The position numbers and the translations under genes were made by a program. Below are positions 39,123 to 50,522 of a DNA stretch of 64,000 bases, one piece after another. The notes under the pieces are model-generated. The model ran no database searches. It was given only the letters and a program-made list of their open reading frames with translations, and was not told the DNA's origin. Numbering within the stretch: position 1 is the stretch's first letter; every line of letters starts with the position of its first letter. The stretch covers positions 1 through 64,000 of the forward strand of contig DF237040.1 in assembly GCA_000708835.1 (NCBI GenBank), given 5' to 3'. Origin of the DNA: Klebsormidium nitens. Lineage: Eukaryota > Plantae > Klebsormidiophyceae.

Positions 39123-41849
39123 TGAATATAGGATACTACTACCCACCCTACCACACCCTCTAGCTTGGCGGGAAGAGAAACCAGCGGCATGGCAGGGCGC
39201 AAAGAGACGGTGTAAAGTATTGTCAGCCCGTGGATTTTCCGGATGTGCCTACACATCTGAGGTTAGTTTGTAGCTCTCAAACTTCGAGCCACTTTGTCCG
39301 GTTTGCTGCACGAAAGAGTCGAGTCGGCTGCTGTGCCAAGTACTGTGACGCCATTTCTAGTTGGTTTCGGAACAGTGGATTGGCCTGTCGTCAGGATATG
39401 CCGTCCCTCTCTTTTTTCAGTATAGACTGCGGACGTCCGTACAGGTGTACGTTGTGTTTGCATCTGCGGACGGCGGCAGTCCTTACAACAACTAAACACT
39501 GCCCCGAGGCGACCTCTCTCAAACTCGCAATCACGGACGTCCGGATATGTTTACGTGGTCTTTGCACTCGCGGATGACGGCATCGGATTGGAGCACGAAT
39601 ATTGGTCATTTTGTTTTTTCTGCTCTATTGAACCGATCTTCTTATTTAGTCTACGATATATGTTTGGGGGCATAGGAAAGCGCTTGAACTATGGTGCCAG
39701 GGCCTCACAGTGAAGAGCGCTTGCACTCTTTCCATTGTATTCTCGAATACATGCTTTGCAGGCCCCTTCAAGACTTCCAGGCTCCCTGTATCACATACTG
39801 CCGGAGTCGACCAGACACGACGCCAGCGAGTAAACCGGGAAGCTGCGGCGCACTATCAATGTACGTATTCCCTCTTTGGCTTTTTTCTCGATCACTAAAA
39901 GCTACCAGCATGGTCTGCCTTGAGCGTATTTGGCAGGATATGATGTCTGCACCAAGGCATTCAAGGACGGTTTAGATCATACATTACAATCTGATGCAAT
40001 TTTACACAACCCTGCCCTTCTCCGCATTCAGCAGTCGGGCTCACGAACCTTCTTGGCAAATTTGCTTTCCGAGTCGGGCATTCCCTTTGTCGTTCACCCT
40101 GTCGGGTTAGAATCAGCGTTCCGAGCCTGACATGGGGGCTTGCCTGATAACCTCATGTCGCCTTCTTGCTTGTCATTGGATATAGTCATCGATCCCCTTG
40201 GTTCAGGAGATGCTAAAAAGCGGAAGCCTTGATTTCTGCAGCAAGGACAGGTGCCAAGAGTTGGAACGAGCCGGTGTCCATGCTCACGTCATACAAGTAG
40301 CAGGCCGCTGAAGCGGCTGCGGCGGATTGACACTAGAAGAGATGGGCCTCGAGCGACCGAAGCTGCGCATCGGCGCAGACTTTTGCTATCTGCTGCCGGC
40401 ACGAAGGTAAGACTATCAAGGGATTAACGAGCTAGACCGGCAGTCGCATCTTTAAAGTTGGACATCCGAACGGTCTTTGGCCTGTGATCATTACGTCCCT
40501 GTTCCTGCCGCCTGAGTTCGGAAGATTTGTGTCCAAAGTAATCGGACGACACTCTGGTCCCCTTCTAAGATGAGCCAGTAGGTCGCTCGTGCGCTGTACT
40601 CATGTTCAACGTGACTGGTGACAAACCCAAAGGACCCGCAGGCCGGATTCTTGCGCTTACTTATCCAGGTTTTTGTTGAATGAGTTGAGAGCACCAGCGC
40701 TTATCCGCTGCCAGTATACCTTTCTCGCTAGCTCATTCACCTTCCACTCTTCTCTTGTCTGCAGCAACAACGATAAGACCTGAAATAGAAGACAAAGAAA
40801 GGTAAGCTAGCTGGACTCTCACAGTCCCTGTAACAATTCGGGCAGCCATTGGAGTTTTGCATGCACCTCTTTTTCTCCTTGAAAGTTCTTTCCGTCCTTC
40901 GTGCAAAAGATAGTGAGCCCGTTCTCCGTTTGCTTCGACGATCTGCCCTCTGAGTTGTGACCGGCATTGCTCGTTGCCGAGAATCAGTGGTGCAACACCC
41001 CCTCTCCTGATCACTAACCGTGAACGGTCGCGTTTCTAACCGAATTCTGATTCTCTTCTGATGCAGGCAGTCGCAGGCAGTCAGCCAGATGTACCTTCAT
41101 TTCAAGGCACCATAGTTAGCCGTACACACTGTAGGCGTGTCCCCAGACTGATTCTATTGTTCAATACCAATCTGGTGAGCACGATCCGGACTGTGGCAAT
41201 GTACGACACCACCTTGAAACTAGATTCTTTGCCATTCGAAATCGTTGGTCGAAAACGCGCACTTCAAATCACTCAGGTTCGTCCAAAGTCTTTCGTTTGG
41301 ACGGTTGCCGCGTGCACCAGGCTTGTCTATGTCGAAAGAGTGCTCCCGTGAACTGGCCATAATCCGCCGTCAACGTCAGGTCGGCGTGCTCTGCAGCCGG
41401 CTTCCGAGGTTTGTGGAGGCAAAGCTTGAGAATGTTCTGCTGTATGACTTACTAATCGAAGTCGACTTCACCGATTGAAATTCACTGAGGAGAAGTTGCC
41501 TTTCCTGACGTCTTTCAGAGTGTGGTCTTCAGGTGTGTCCTTTTCGAGATCGATAATGTGAACGAAGCGAAGAAGGGTGAGCTCTTTTTATTTCAAACGT
41601 CTCCGGATAATCTTCGTTTCTTCCTGTCTTTCTTTCTTGGTTTCCTTGTTCGCCTGACGCATGCGGACGTCTTGCTAATGAAGGCAGCAAAGAGAACGCG
41701 GGCCATGCAAACCAAGTCAATCATGTATAAGCGGGTACTGCTTTAACGCTAGGCTATTCTTCAGGAACCGCAACCTGAGTACTCAAGCCGTAGATTCTTT
41801 TGCTATATTCCTGATGTTCTCTACGTTACGTTGCTCCGATATGCGCTCC

Positions 41850-42090
41850 GTTTCCAGTCCGGTTCCTGCGAACCGGAGCGGAACTCCTCCCCGGTTTGCA
41901 CGGACCGGGGCCTGAAACGGCTCCGGTTAGTCCCAGGTTTGCGCCAAACCCGTTCCGGTTCGCGGGTTCGGTTTGTGCGAACCGGACCCGCGAACCGGAT
42001 CAGCTCCGGTTCGCTGCGAACCGGCTCCGGTTCCTCCGCCACTTTTCCGGACCTGGCTGGGGGTCCGGTTCGGCTCCGGTTCGCGTGAAG
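41850..42090. repeat. CCGGTTC/GAACCGG-rich element with nested hairpins, resembling a TE subterminal region
   Basis: About ten (A/G)ACCGG/CCGGTT motifs occur in both orientations. Perfect inverted repeats are CCGGTTCGCGGGT...ACCCGCGAACCGG (41955-41998) and CCGGTTCGC-T-GCGAACCGG (42006-42024). Confidence 0.6.
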
Positions 42091-42278
42091 CATCATCTAC
42101 CTACAAGGCCGTCCGTCGTTCGGTCAGATCCTTCTAGTCGCAAGTCTGCCAGCGAACACAATCAGGTATTGGCTGTATCTTTCCAACCTGTGATTCTTGT
42201 CCGCCGTGGCGACTGTGACGGCACGCATAAGCGGTGAGCTCAACATCTGTATTCGAAAGGCATCGTGCGGCTTTGCAG

Positions 42279-42437
42279 GTTTCGGACGTGGGCTTCCTGC
42301 GGACCTTGGTCGCGTTCGTCACTATGGCCTTGGGGGTCATCGTGCTTTCGCCGACGTTCAGCTGGATCCCGTTCCACTCGCTGGTCAAGTCGGCGAACCA
42401 CGTGCAAACGCTGTTGCCAACGTGGGGGAACTTGTGA
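42279..42437 (+). other. Second copy of the EGY-like terminal coding exon, inside a duplicated segment 42090-42700 homologous to 29340-29950
   Basis: The acceptor GGCTTTGCAG| is intact and the ORF VSDVGFLRTLVAF...TWGNL* has the same 159-nt length as 29522-29680, with 5 substitutions. Confidence 0.9.
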
Positions 42438-43675
42438 AGTCAACCTCGCGAGGGCAACTTTAGCTACGTCAAAATATCCTTCTGTGACAAGTGCACTGAC
42501 TTAGAATAAGCACCGTAAGTTGAGCAGCTAAAGTTGAACCAGTAATCCTTTCAGAATCCGCCATGTCTGCGACGCGCCCTGGTTGCCAAGCGCCTCTCGA
42601 GACTAGACTATCACGAACGTGGCAGCAAGTGAGTCTGACCGTGTAGACCACGCTGGGGACAAATGGACAACGGTGAAATCTAACCAACTCTGAATGCAAT
42701 CCCGCGTACCACTGGTACATCTGGAACGTGATAACAAACGAGCTGCTGATACCATACAAAGTAGTTAGCTGCACCATGTATGCAATTGTAGCTGCACCAG
42801 GCATATGCAATTGCTTAATCTCAAGATGGTGCTCCTCTTAAAAGGCCTGGGCAGTGACCGTGGGCGGCCAAGGCCTTCGCTATTACCCTTCTTAAGCCAC
42901 ATGCCAGGTGCATCATTGCATCGACATGAGCTGGCTGCTTTTGATATAATCGATGCTTCATGTTGATGGACTGCATGCCTCAAACTTGAAGTCCGCCTGC
43001 ACTGACGTTTCATCATAGTCCGACGCAGCCTAGCCATTGTGGCTTAAAGCTAGGGTCGGAACCAGAATCACAAATATTTTGATGCAGCATATGCTGTATA
43101 TGACGTGCCAATGATGTCGCGTCGAGTTGATATCAGACTATCTTGACCACCATAACATGACTTGAAGTAGTTGTACGTATATACATCAAGCAATAACGTT
43201 ACATAGCTGCTGATAGTATACTTCAAGTGAGCCCGCGCGCTGCAGCTCTTTAGCGCTCTGCTCAGCACAAAGAAATACGAATTGCTGCCAAGCCTTTGGT
43301 ACCGGCCGTTTCAGCTAGCTGCACATGACCGACATATGATCATATCGATTAAAATAATGTATCATCGCTATCGCCATCAGCTTACATGCAGTCCGTGACA
43401 GTGTGGTTGCAACGTGACTCTCTCAAGATCCGACAAGGCAGACAGCTTCGACCACGACGCGACGTCCGTCTGCACCGGTACTTAGGAACCGGCATATCTA
43501 CTGACATACTTTGATACTTCTTTCCTGTTTCAGTGCGCATCAACTCCTTCCATCTACTGACCGTAACGATCAAACTCACAGGCACTTCGGACAAAAATTG
43601 TTCATCCCGAACAAATCCCGGCTGACGCAATCCTAGACTATCGCATGTACATTGTCACTCTACAGTCCTGACTCC

Positions 43676-46326
43676 TCAGTCCTTCTTATGCCGTTTGCAT
43701 ACCACGCCCATCGTGTATGTACGACAACAACTACCACAAGCTGAAAGGACACAGGCTTCCGAGCCAAGATTATTGCAGCTCTTCCCATCGGACGTGCCTC
43801 GGCAGACCGTGATCCCCTAGGACGCCCTGAAGTCGCGTTCCGCCGCTTTCTTTCGTTCCCGCCAAGCCTTCCGCTCTGCAGCCTTCGTTTCTTGCTCTGC
43901 CCTTCGCATGGCGGTGTCTCTTTCCCGTTGCGCTCGCTCTGCAGCCTTCTTCTCTTGCTCTGCAGCCTTCTTCTCTTCTGCTTCTAGAAAGCACTGCCGC
44001 TGGCGATCGACGGCTTCGTTCAGCAACACGTTCGGATCCTTGAAGAGGTCAACAACAGTCGTCAGTGGTGTGTCTGACTCGTCCCTTTAATTACTTGAAA
44101 CAAAGGCTCGGATGGATCTCAGCATACTGCAAGGTACCATTTCGCCATCTAAACGGCGGAATGGTGGTGGATCTTGAAGGACAAAGAGATGTGCGGGGCA
44201 ATCAATTTCAGCAGATTTGAATCTTCTCATCACAAAACGAGACTCATATCGGCAAAGTTGGAAGAGAGGAGCTAAAGCGATCTAGGCTACGAAAAAACCT
44301 TTCGATGTGTGACGGCCAACGGAGATCTAAAAAATTCAGAGCCGGTGTAGGATTTGCAAAAAAGGAGGACACGGTCAGAAAAGGTAAAGGTCCGACACAA
44401 GAGGACTACCTGCTTCTTCTCGCCAGCCTTAAATTCTGCCAAGAGTCTTCGACATCCAATTGTTCTCCCAGGCACCCAAACCAAGCACCCAAGATGTTGC
44501 ACGGGCCGAGATTGGATTCAAATCAGGTGCGAACTTCTCACATGTCGAGAAAAAGATAGTATATTCCCAACCGTTGTAGAAAGTATCAAACACTTAAACG
44601 GAATAGTATCTTGGGTGCGACTCACGTTACGGGGCCCAAGTCTGAAGCACTGACATGACAGCTCTTGGACCTGTGCCTAAAGCAACCAAAGTCTTTTCAA
44701 TGCAACCAATCGAGTCTTCTGGCAACTTACCTTGATGTAGCTCTGAACTGCGTCAGGGAGAGGCCATTCACCACCACGTTTCTCTACGCCGGCAGCCGTC
44801 AGAGCCGCCTCGATCTCCGCCTTTCGCTCCTGCTTCATCTCCTCAAGCTTGCGCACTGCTTCGGTTCGAAGAACTAACTGATGGTCCATGTTCTTACTCG
44901 TCCTGACAACCATCCGAGCACTCGGGTTTGGCTTGTCATTGCTGAGGTAAGTATACACCATCTGCGCAGCGTTTAATGCCAACGACTCGTTCTGGAAGCT
45001 CTTCACAACCTCAAGGTCGTCAAATGGAACGCTCCAGAAAGGAGGCTCTTCCTTGATCTCCTCATCTGCTGCAGAACCGCTCTCTGAATCTGCAGAGTTG
45101 GCACCGTCGCCTTCGTTGGAACTCTCAGAATCCTCAGAGCTGTCCTCGTAATCCTCCTGGAAACTGTCCTCGTACATTTGCTTAAGATCGTCCATGCGTC
45201 TCTCTAACTTAGGTATCACTTCCACGAAATCAGATATTGTATGCAAGTGCCTTAAAAAGCAGACTAACTCGCGCCCTTCTTCATCCTCCTCATCAATAAC
45301 AAACATTCCAATCTCATTAGCTAGGCGTCCCAGTTTCTGAGAGAGTGTGTACGGGTTCAAGTCCCTCCAAAAAGTAAGCTCGCAGAAGTCGTGTTCCTTT
45401 GGATCAAGCTCCTCGCACACTCGTTGCAGGAGTTCACAGGTTTCTACCTGAAGACCCTTCCCAGACCCAGCCATTGGCGTGCCATCAAGGAACGAAGCCT
45501 CATCCCAGTTGCCAAAGACTTCGAATGTCAGATGCCCATTCCCACACACCTGTCCTGTCACATCGAACCAGTCTGGAATACATCTATCAAACAGTTTCTG
45601 CCACCACGAACGAAAGCTCTCTTGGATGTCAAAGAAGACATCCTCCCGCAGCTCAAACACGGGCGCCCCACAAAATGTACAAGGATCATTGGCCGTCCCC
45701 CGCATCAGCTGCTGTTCTTCAAAGGATGCCTCTGCGTACTTGCTTGCCCCTGACTCTCTTGCGATGGCTGAAACAGGGAAGTTCTGCACAAGGCCCCGAC
45801 AGGCGCACACGGCGAGTCTCATATCTTCATCAAGCCAAGCGTGCTGACACAGTTCCGTAACAAAGAGGCAGTCCCGTTGGAACGGCTTCTTCAGCAGCAA
45901 GTCCCTTGTAACATAAGGTCCCGTTTGGAAGCCACACGCTTCTTCTTGCACATGCCCCAACAAGTCCAGGCAGCTTCCATAATCCCCGTCCCAGTTGATA
46001 TACGATGTTGGAAGGCCCTGCATGCCTGGGCAATACAGCAGCAGTTTGAAGAGAGCCAACCAACCCCCTGGGGGTTGACTGGTCACGTCACACCCCATCT
46101 TCTCACACAGACCAGGGGCGATTTCTAGACAGAGCTGCTGATAAGTGACCTCTTGCATGACGGTGCGCCAAGCTTTGCACACACGGGGAAGCGCTGCCAA
46201 GTGGACAGGGCTGGGGCCAAACTTGTGAAAGATGATACCGAGCAGTTCTGAGCTGAGGTCGCCTATCTCAGTTCTGCAAGCTGAAGGACCAGCGATCACG
46301 CTATGAGCGTGGCGCTTCAACGCCAT
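43676..46326 (-). CDS. EID1-like F-box copy C; exon 1 46326-44731, exon 2 44038-43676 (coiled coil plus zinc finger) with an in-frame TAG at 43817-43819
   Basis: EDL motifs are present in ORF 44677..46380. The donor YIK|GTAAGT joins in phase 0 to DPNVLLNEAV...RAS*GITVCRGTSDGKSCNNLGSEACVLSACGSCCRTYTMGVVCKRHKKD*. The acceptor is AAG and inferred from paralog E. Confidence 0.85.
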
Positions 46327-46908
46327 CTTGTCAAACGTGTAAGCAAGCTGATGCGATTGCCCTTGAATTTGCAGCTTCAATGCCCCTACTGCGAGAAGTG
46401 GAAGCCCACCCGCGATCGTCTCTCTACTTTCTCCTCCTTTGAACAGAAAGCAATTCTGACCAACTTTGTGCCCCTCCAGAAGGGGTCCAGAAGTGCCCCT
46501 TAAAGTTAGGGTTGGCTGAACCCTAGAACATCAATAGCGAGCCAGTTGTTGTTACCCCCTTACTCGATTGCTTTCTTGGGGAGTCCTACCGAGAATATCC
46601 GGATAATTGTCATGCTTGCTTGCGGCCCGTTTTGCTCTGTCATGCAAGGGACACGTTGCTCTGCATACCGTACTCTGGACAGCCATTGCAACTACAAGTT
46701 CAAGAGATCATTGGTGAAAGTTCTGGGCCTGCATGAGCAGTGGTAGGGCGGCCATCTGATCTCGGAGCCCGCAGCTGCTCTCAAATCCCGGAGCCTTTCC
46801 CTTGAAGCTGTTTAATGGCGCCACAACTCCAAGTGCGGCGTCGCTTGATCGAGCCTTGATCGCCGCTTTCGGATGAGTGGAGCTTTCTGGCACTCTGACA
46901 TTGTAGGG

Positions 46909-49178
46909 ATGGCGTCAAATCAGGTGAAGCGCAATCTCATGCGCCGACCCTCAGCCAGCACCACTGACATGTGCGACCTGGGCCCAGAATTGCTCAGTCT
47001 CATCCTCAGAAAGCTCCCCACCAGCCCCGTCTATTTAGCGCCACTCCCTTGTGTCTGCAGAGCCTGGCGCAACGTGATGGAGGAGGAAATCTGGCAGCAC
47101 TTCTGCTTGGAAGCAGCACCAGGGCTGTGCGAAGCATTGGGATATGGCGCAGCTTGTGAGCCCCCCGGAGGCTGGGCGGCATTCTTTGCACTGATTGTCT
47201 ATTGCCCGGGATTGCGCGGCACGTCCATCGTTGGGGATAGAGCTTGTCGCTGGTGGGAAGGCACGTTGGGGCATGTGCAGGAAGAGACGCATGGTTTTAG
47301 GATGGGGCCAAAGATCATGCGTGATTTGGGTCTAAGGGAAGGTTTCCGGGGGGATACTTTGTTTGTAAAGTGAGGCTTGCGAGCATGGAAGTCACTCTAA
47401 CCTTGAGTTGACCCATGTGTCCCGGGGCGTTATCAAGAATGTCGCCCATTCTATTACAGCAGAACGAGCAGGGGCAACTGAGTATTTTGATGCGTCCACT
47501 GAAAAGCAGCGAAAGATGCGGATGAGGGCTAAAAATTGCTGTGTGTACTGCCGAGCACCCTTGTTTCGGCTCCGGCAAGGTCTTTTCTTCAAGAAAGAGG
47601 AGGATTACTTCAATTGTCTACTAATCGATGCCAAGTACTATGACGCGAGTGGTCATGTCTGCGGGAACGGTCACCTCATACTTGGTCTGCAGGGATACTG
47701 GAAGAACCACCCGTTCTTCTGTGCTGAAGAGGTGAAGGGATCTGGCAAGGGTCTCAGCATCAGAACCTCAGATCTGGTGAAGGACGTCTGCGATGCGTTT
47801 GGGCCTTGTGATACCAATGGTCTGCCTGAAGTTGCATTCTGGAAGGATCTAGATGCCTTCGATGTGTCCGAGAAGCTCGAGTGTCTAGCGCGTCTTATTA
47901 AAAATAGCTCCTGTGAGGCGCAACTAGAGGAGACTGGAGCCGCGTGTCCAAGACAGCCGCAAGCATTGTCCAAATTGCAGTGGGAGCTGCATCATTTGAA
48001 GTTACAGATCAGCGAAGTTGCTAGAGACTTTGAGGACAATTGCAAGGAACAGCCAGAGTGCAATCAAAAGGAATCGGTGTCAGGTAGCGACGTGGACTTG
48101 GACTCAGAGCTGGAGGAAGGATCAGAGACGAACTCGGAGTTGAAAGTTGGACATCAGGACGACAAGAAGTATACTTATCACTTTTGGGAGGCTGGGTGCA
48201 TGAACTTGTATCCTGTTTGCGCCTTTGTGAGAGGCATGCCCCAGGCAAGAAGAATCATCACAAGGGTCCTGAGGAACAGGAATCAAAGTGCTCAAAGAGC
48301 TTTCGATGCAGTCCAATACTTGAAGAGACTACAGCTTCGCAGAGACCAAGTTCAGAGTGAACTGGATACGCTGAAACGAAGGAGGAAGGGCATCGAGGCT
48401 GCTCTGGAAAAGGCTGGCATACCTGCATGCCTAAGCTCGCAGCATGGAAAGTGGCCGGACTCAGACGTTGTTGACAAATACATTCTGGTGAGTTTCACAT
48501 AACACTCGGGTATAATTCCACCTTGTGTCCTTAACTGCAGACTCTTTGATATATTATGACGCCTACTCTTGTGACAGTATGCTATTCTTAGGACGGGGTA
48601 AGTTGTATTAAGCTTCTTGTATGGGCCAGTCTGGACGCCTTGGTGGTTGCAGTCTTTTTGAAACTCAAGGGCTTATGCAGGACGGTTTTAAAAGGCAATA
48701 GAGAATCAATCATTCAATCGTTTTTAGGCCTTTTTGTTCTGAATATTTTGCCTTTCTGTTATTGATCCTCGAGAATTTCCCACGCAATCGTTTGTTGTTT
48801 TGGTGAGGAATCAGGCCGCCTTGGTCTTCTTGAGTACTGAGATTGTTCAATTTTACCTTCGGACAGACGAGTTAAAACGTAGGCTCGGTTCAAAGGAGGA
48901 TGTGGTTTGAGCAATCATTGCAGTGATTCGATCAAAAAGCAGAGAGCTTGGATCGAAGGAAGAATTTTCAGTTGGCAATTGAGCCGAGTCGTTTGAGGAA
49001 TATCGACGTGGGTTATTACCTGACTGTTTGCACCTCCTTTTTGAAGGACGAGAGCATGACGGTCGATGAGGTCATCCAGAGCCAGCAGGAACATATGCTG
49101 GGAGGGGCGGCAAGGAGACCCGGCCCAAGAACGAGAGGCGAAGCAAAGAGCACGGCAAAGAGAGAGGGTCAAAGGTAG
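46909..49178 (+). CDS. EID1-like F-box copy D; exon 1 46909-48487 with a +1 frameshift near 47368, exon 2 49047-49178 (basic tail)
   Basis: ORFs 46873..47373 and 47408..48502 join if one A is removed from GTAAAGT, giving LFVSEACEH. The donor KYIL|GTGAGT joins DESMTVDEVIQSQQ...KREGQR*. Confidence 0.85.
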
Positions 49179-50522
49179 GGCATAGGAAGAAGGAACAAGT
49201 GCGGAGCTTCATTGGCTCGGCTAGGCAGAAGAGGTGACACAAAAAGCGAAGCGAGCGCAGCGCAGCGCCGCAAGTCTGTTGCAGGTGCCGGAGTAACCTC
49301 AGATTACAGTAGGTGAATTCGATTACATTTGTATCTGCTTTGCGTGTGGCTACTTCCGATCCTGCTACCCCAGTACTTCATAATTAACGCTCCGTCATGC
49401 AAGTGTCAAATTTGACAGAGGGCAAGGATCGCCCGTTGCCCAGGCTGCCACGTGGTCAACATCAATTGGAGACCAGCTCGTCCATTCAAATGACGCTTTC
49501 TAAACATGGGCTCATCGAAGCACCGGCGGGCCCGTAACCGCGAGCTGCATGACGGGCACAATCTTTGTGCTACTACAATAATGTCGACTTAAATCGCACT
49601 GATTATCAGAATACTGTGGAGAATTATCTCAAGGCGCTGCGCTGCCTGCCAGTGGTATCGACCGTATGAAGTGCATCAGTGCAGGGACGAGTGCGAAGTA
49701 TAAGGGACTCGGATCTAAAAGGCATGCTAGCCTGCTGCACACATCTGACTGGATGCTATGTGATGGCTTAGATGCATACGCGTACTTCCATGCAGGCTCG
49801 AGTCCGATCATGTACGTGTTGGCTCATGCAGCATGGCATGGTCCGATCGCACTGAATCACTCATGTGCATGTCGGACGTGGCGCCCGGCCGATTGGTATT
49901 GCTTAGTGCAAGGCCATGCTCTCTGGCATAGCATGACATGTTGGCCGGACACCTAATTTGCATGATCCGAACTTAATTGGCTTCTGAACTGCATGAGCTG
50001 TCTTCGAAACGCGTTGTCATATCATGCTTCATAAGGGCATGTCGAGTTGTCTGAGTATTTAACAGCTTCGATTACCAAGCCCGGTTTCAAGGTCCAACCA
50101 AACACTCAGTCAAGCTCTCTTCGTAAACTCGCGAACGGACATTTGATTGGGAGGCTTAACTTCAGTGCAGATCCAATAACCGTCTCAATTTCGATCATAC
50201 CGCACGCGCTCTGAAATCGAATGCAAGAGCCGATCTTCCCGCCGCCTGGCAGGGTTTGATACTCTGATTGCAATGGCTTGGGCTTACAACCCCGTACACA
50301 CGGATTCGATGAGTAAAGAATGGGTAAAGAAGTTCGCATCGCAAGCCTGCAACTTTCAAAATTTTCAAACGGAGATTGATAAGACCGTCACCGGGCCAAT
50401 ATTCATGTTGCAAACGGGCAGATCACCTCTTTAGGCTCTTTCAAACTACTCTGATGTCCTACACTTTGTTATAACTGCAGTGGCCGTTAGCTAGTCCATG
50501 TGATTGCATTCGTGGATACTCC

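Larger units (their letters stand above)
35370..39500. repeat. Segmental duplication: the A/B gene pair and flanks correspond to 51965-56350 (E/F pair)
   Basis: Colinear similarity covers both CDSs, the intergenic spacer (e.g. CACATTGCCTGACTGTGATATGTAGCCTGA at about 36398 and 53008), the intron, the last exon and the 3' flank (GGATGTGCCTACACAT at about 39241 and 56149). Confidence 0.9.

Noticed and set aside
41061-41750. Degraded coding-like sequence upstream of the GAACCGG element
   Set aside because: Multiple stops and no recognisable transposase motif.
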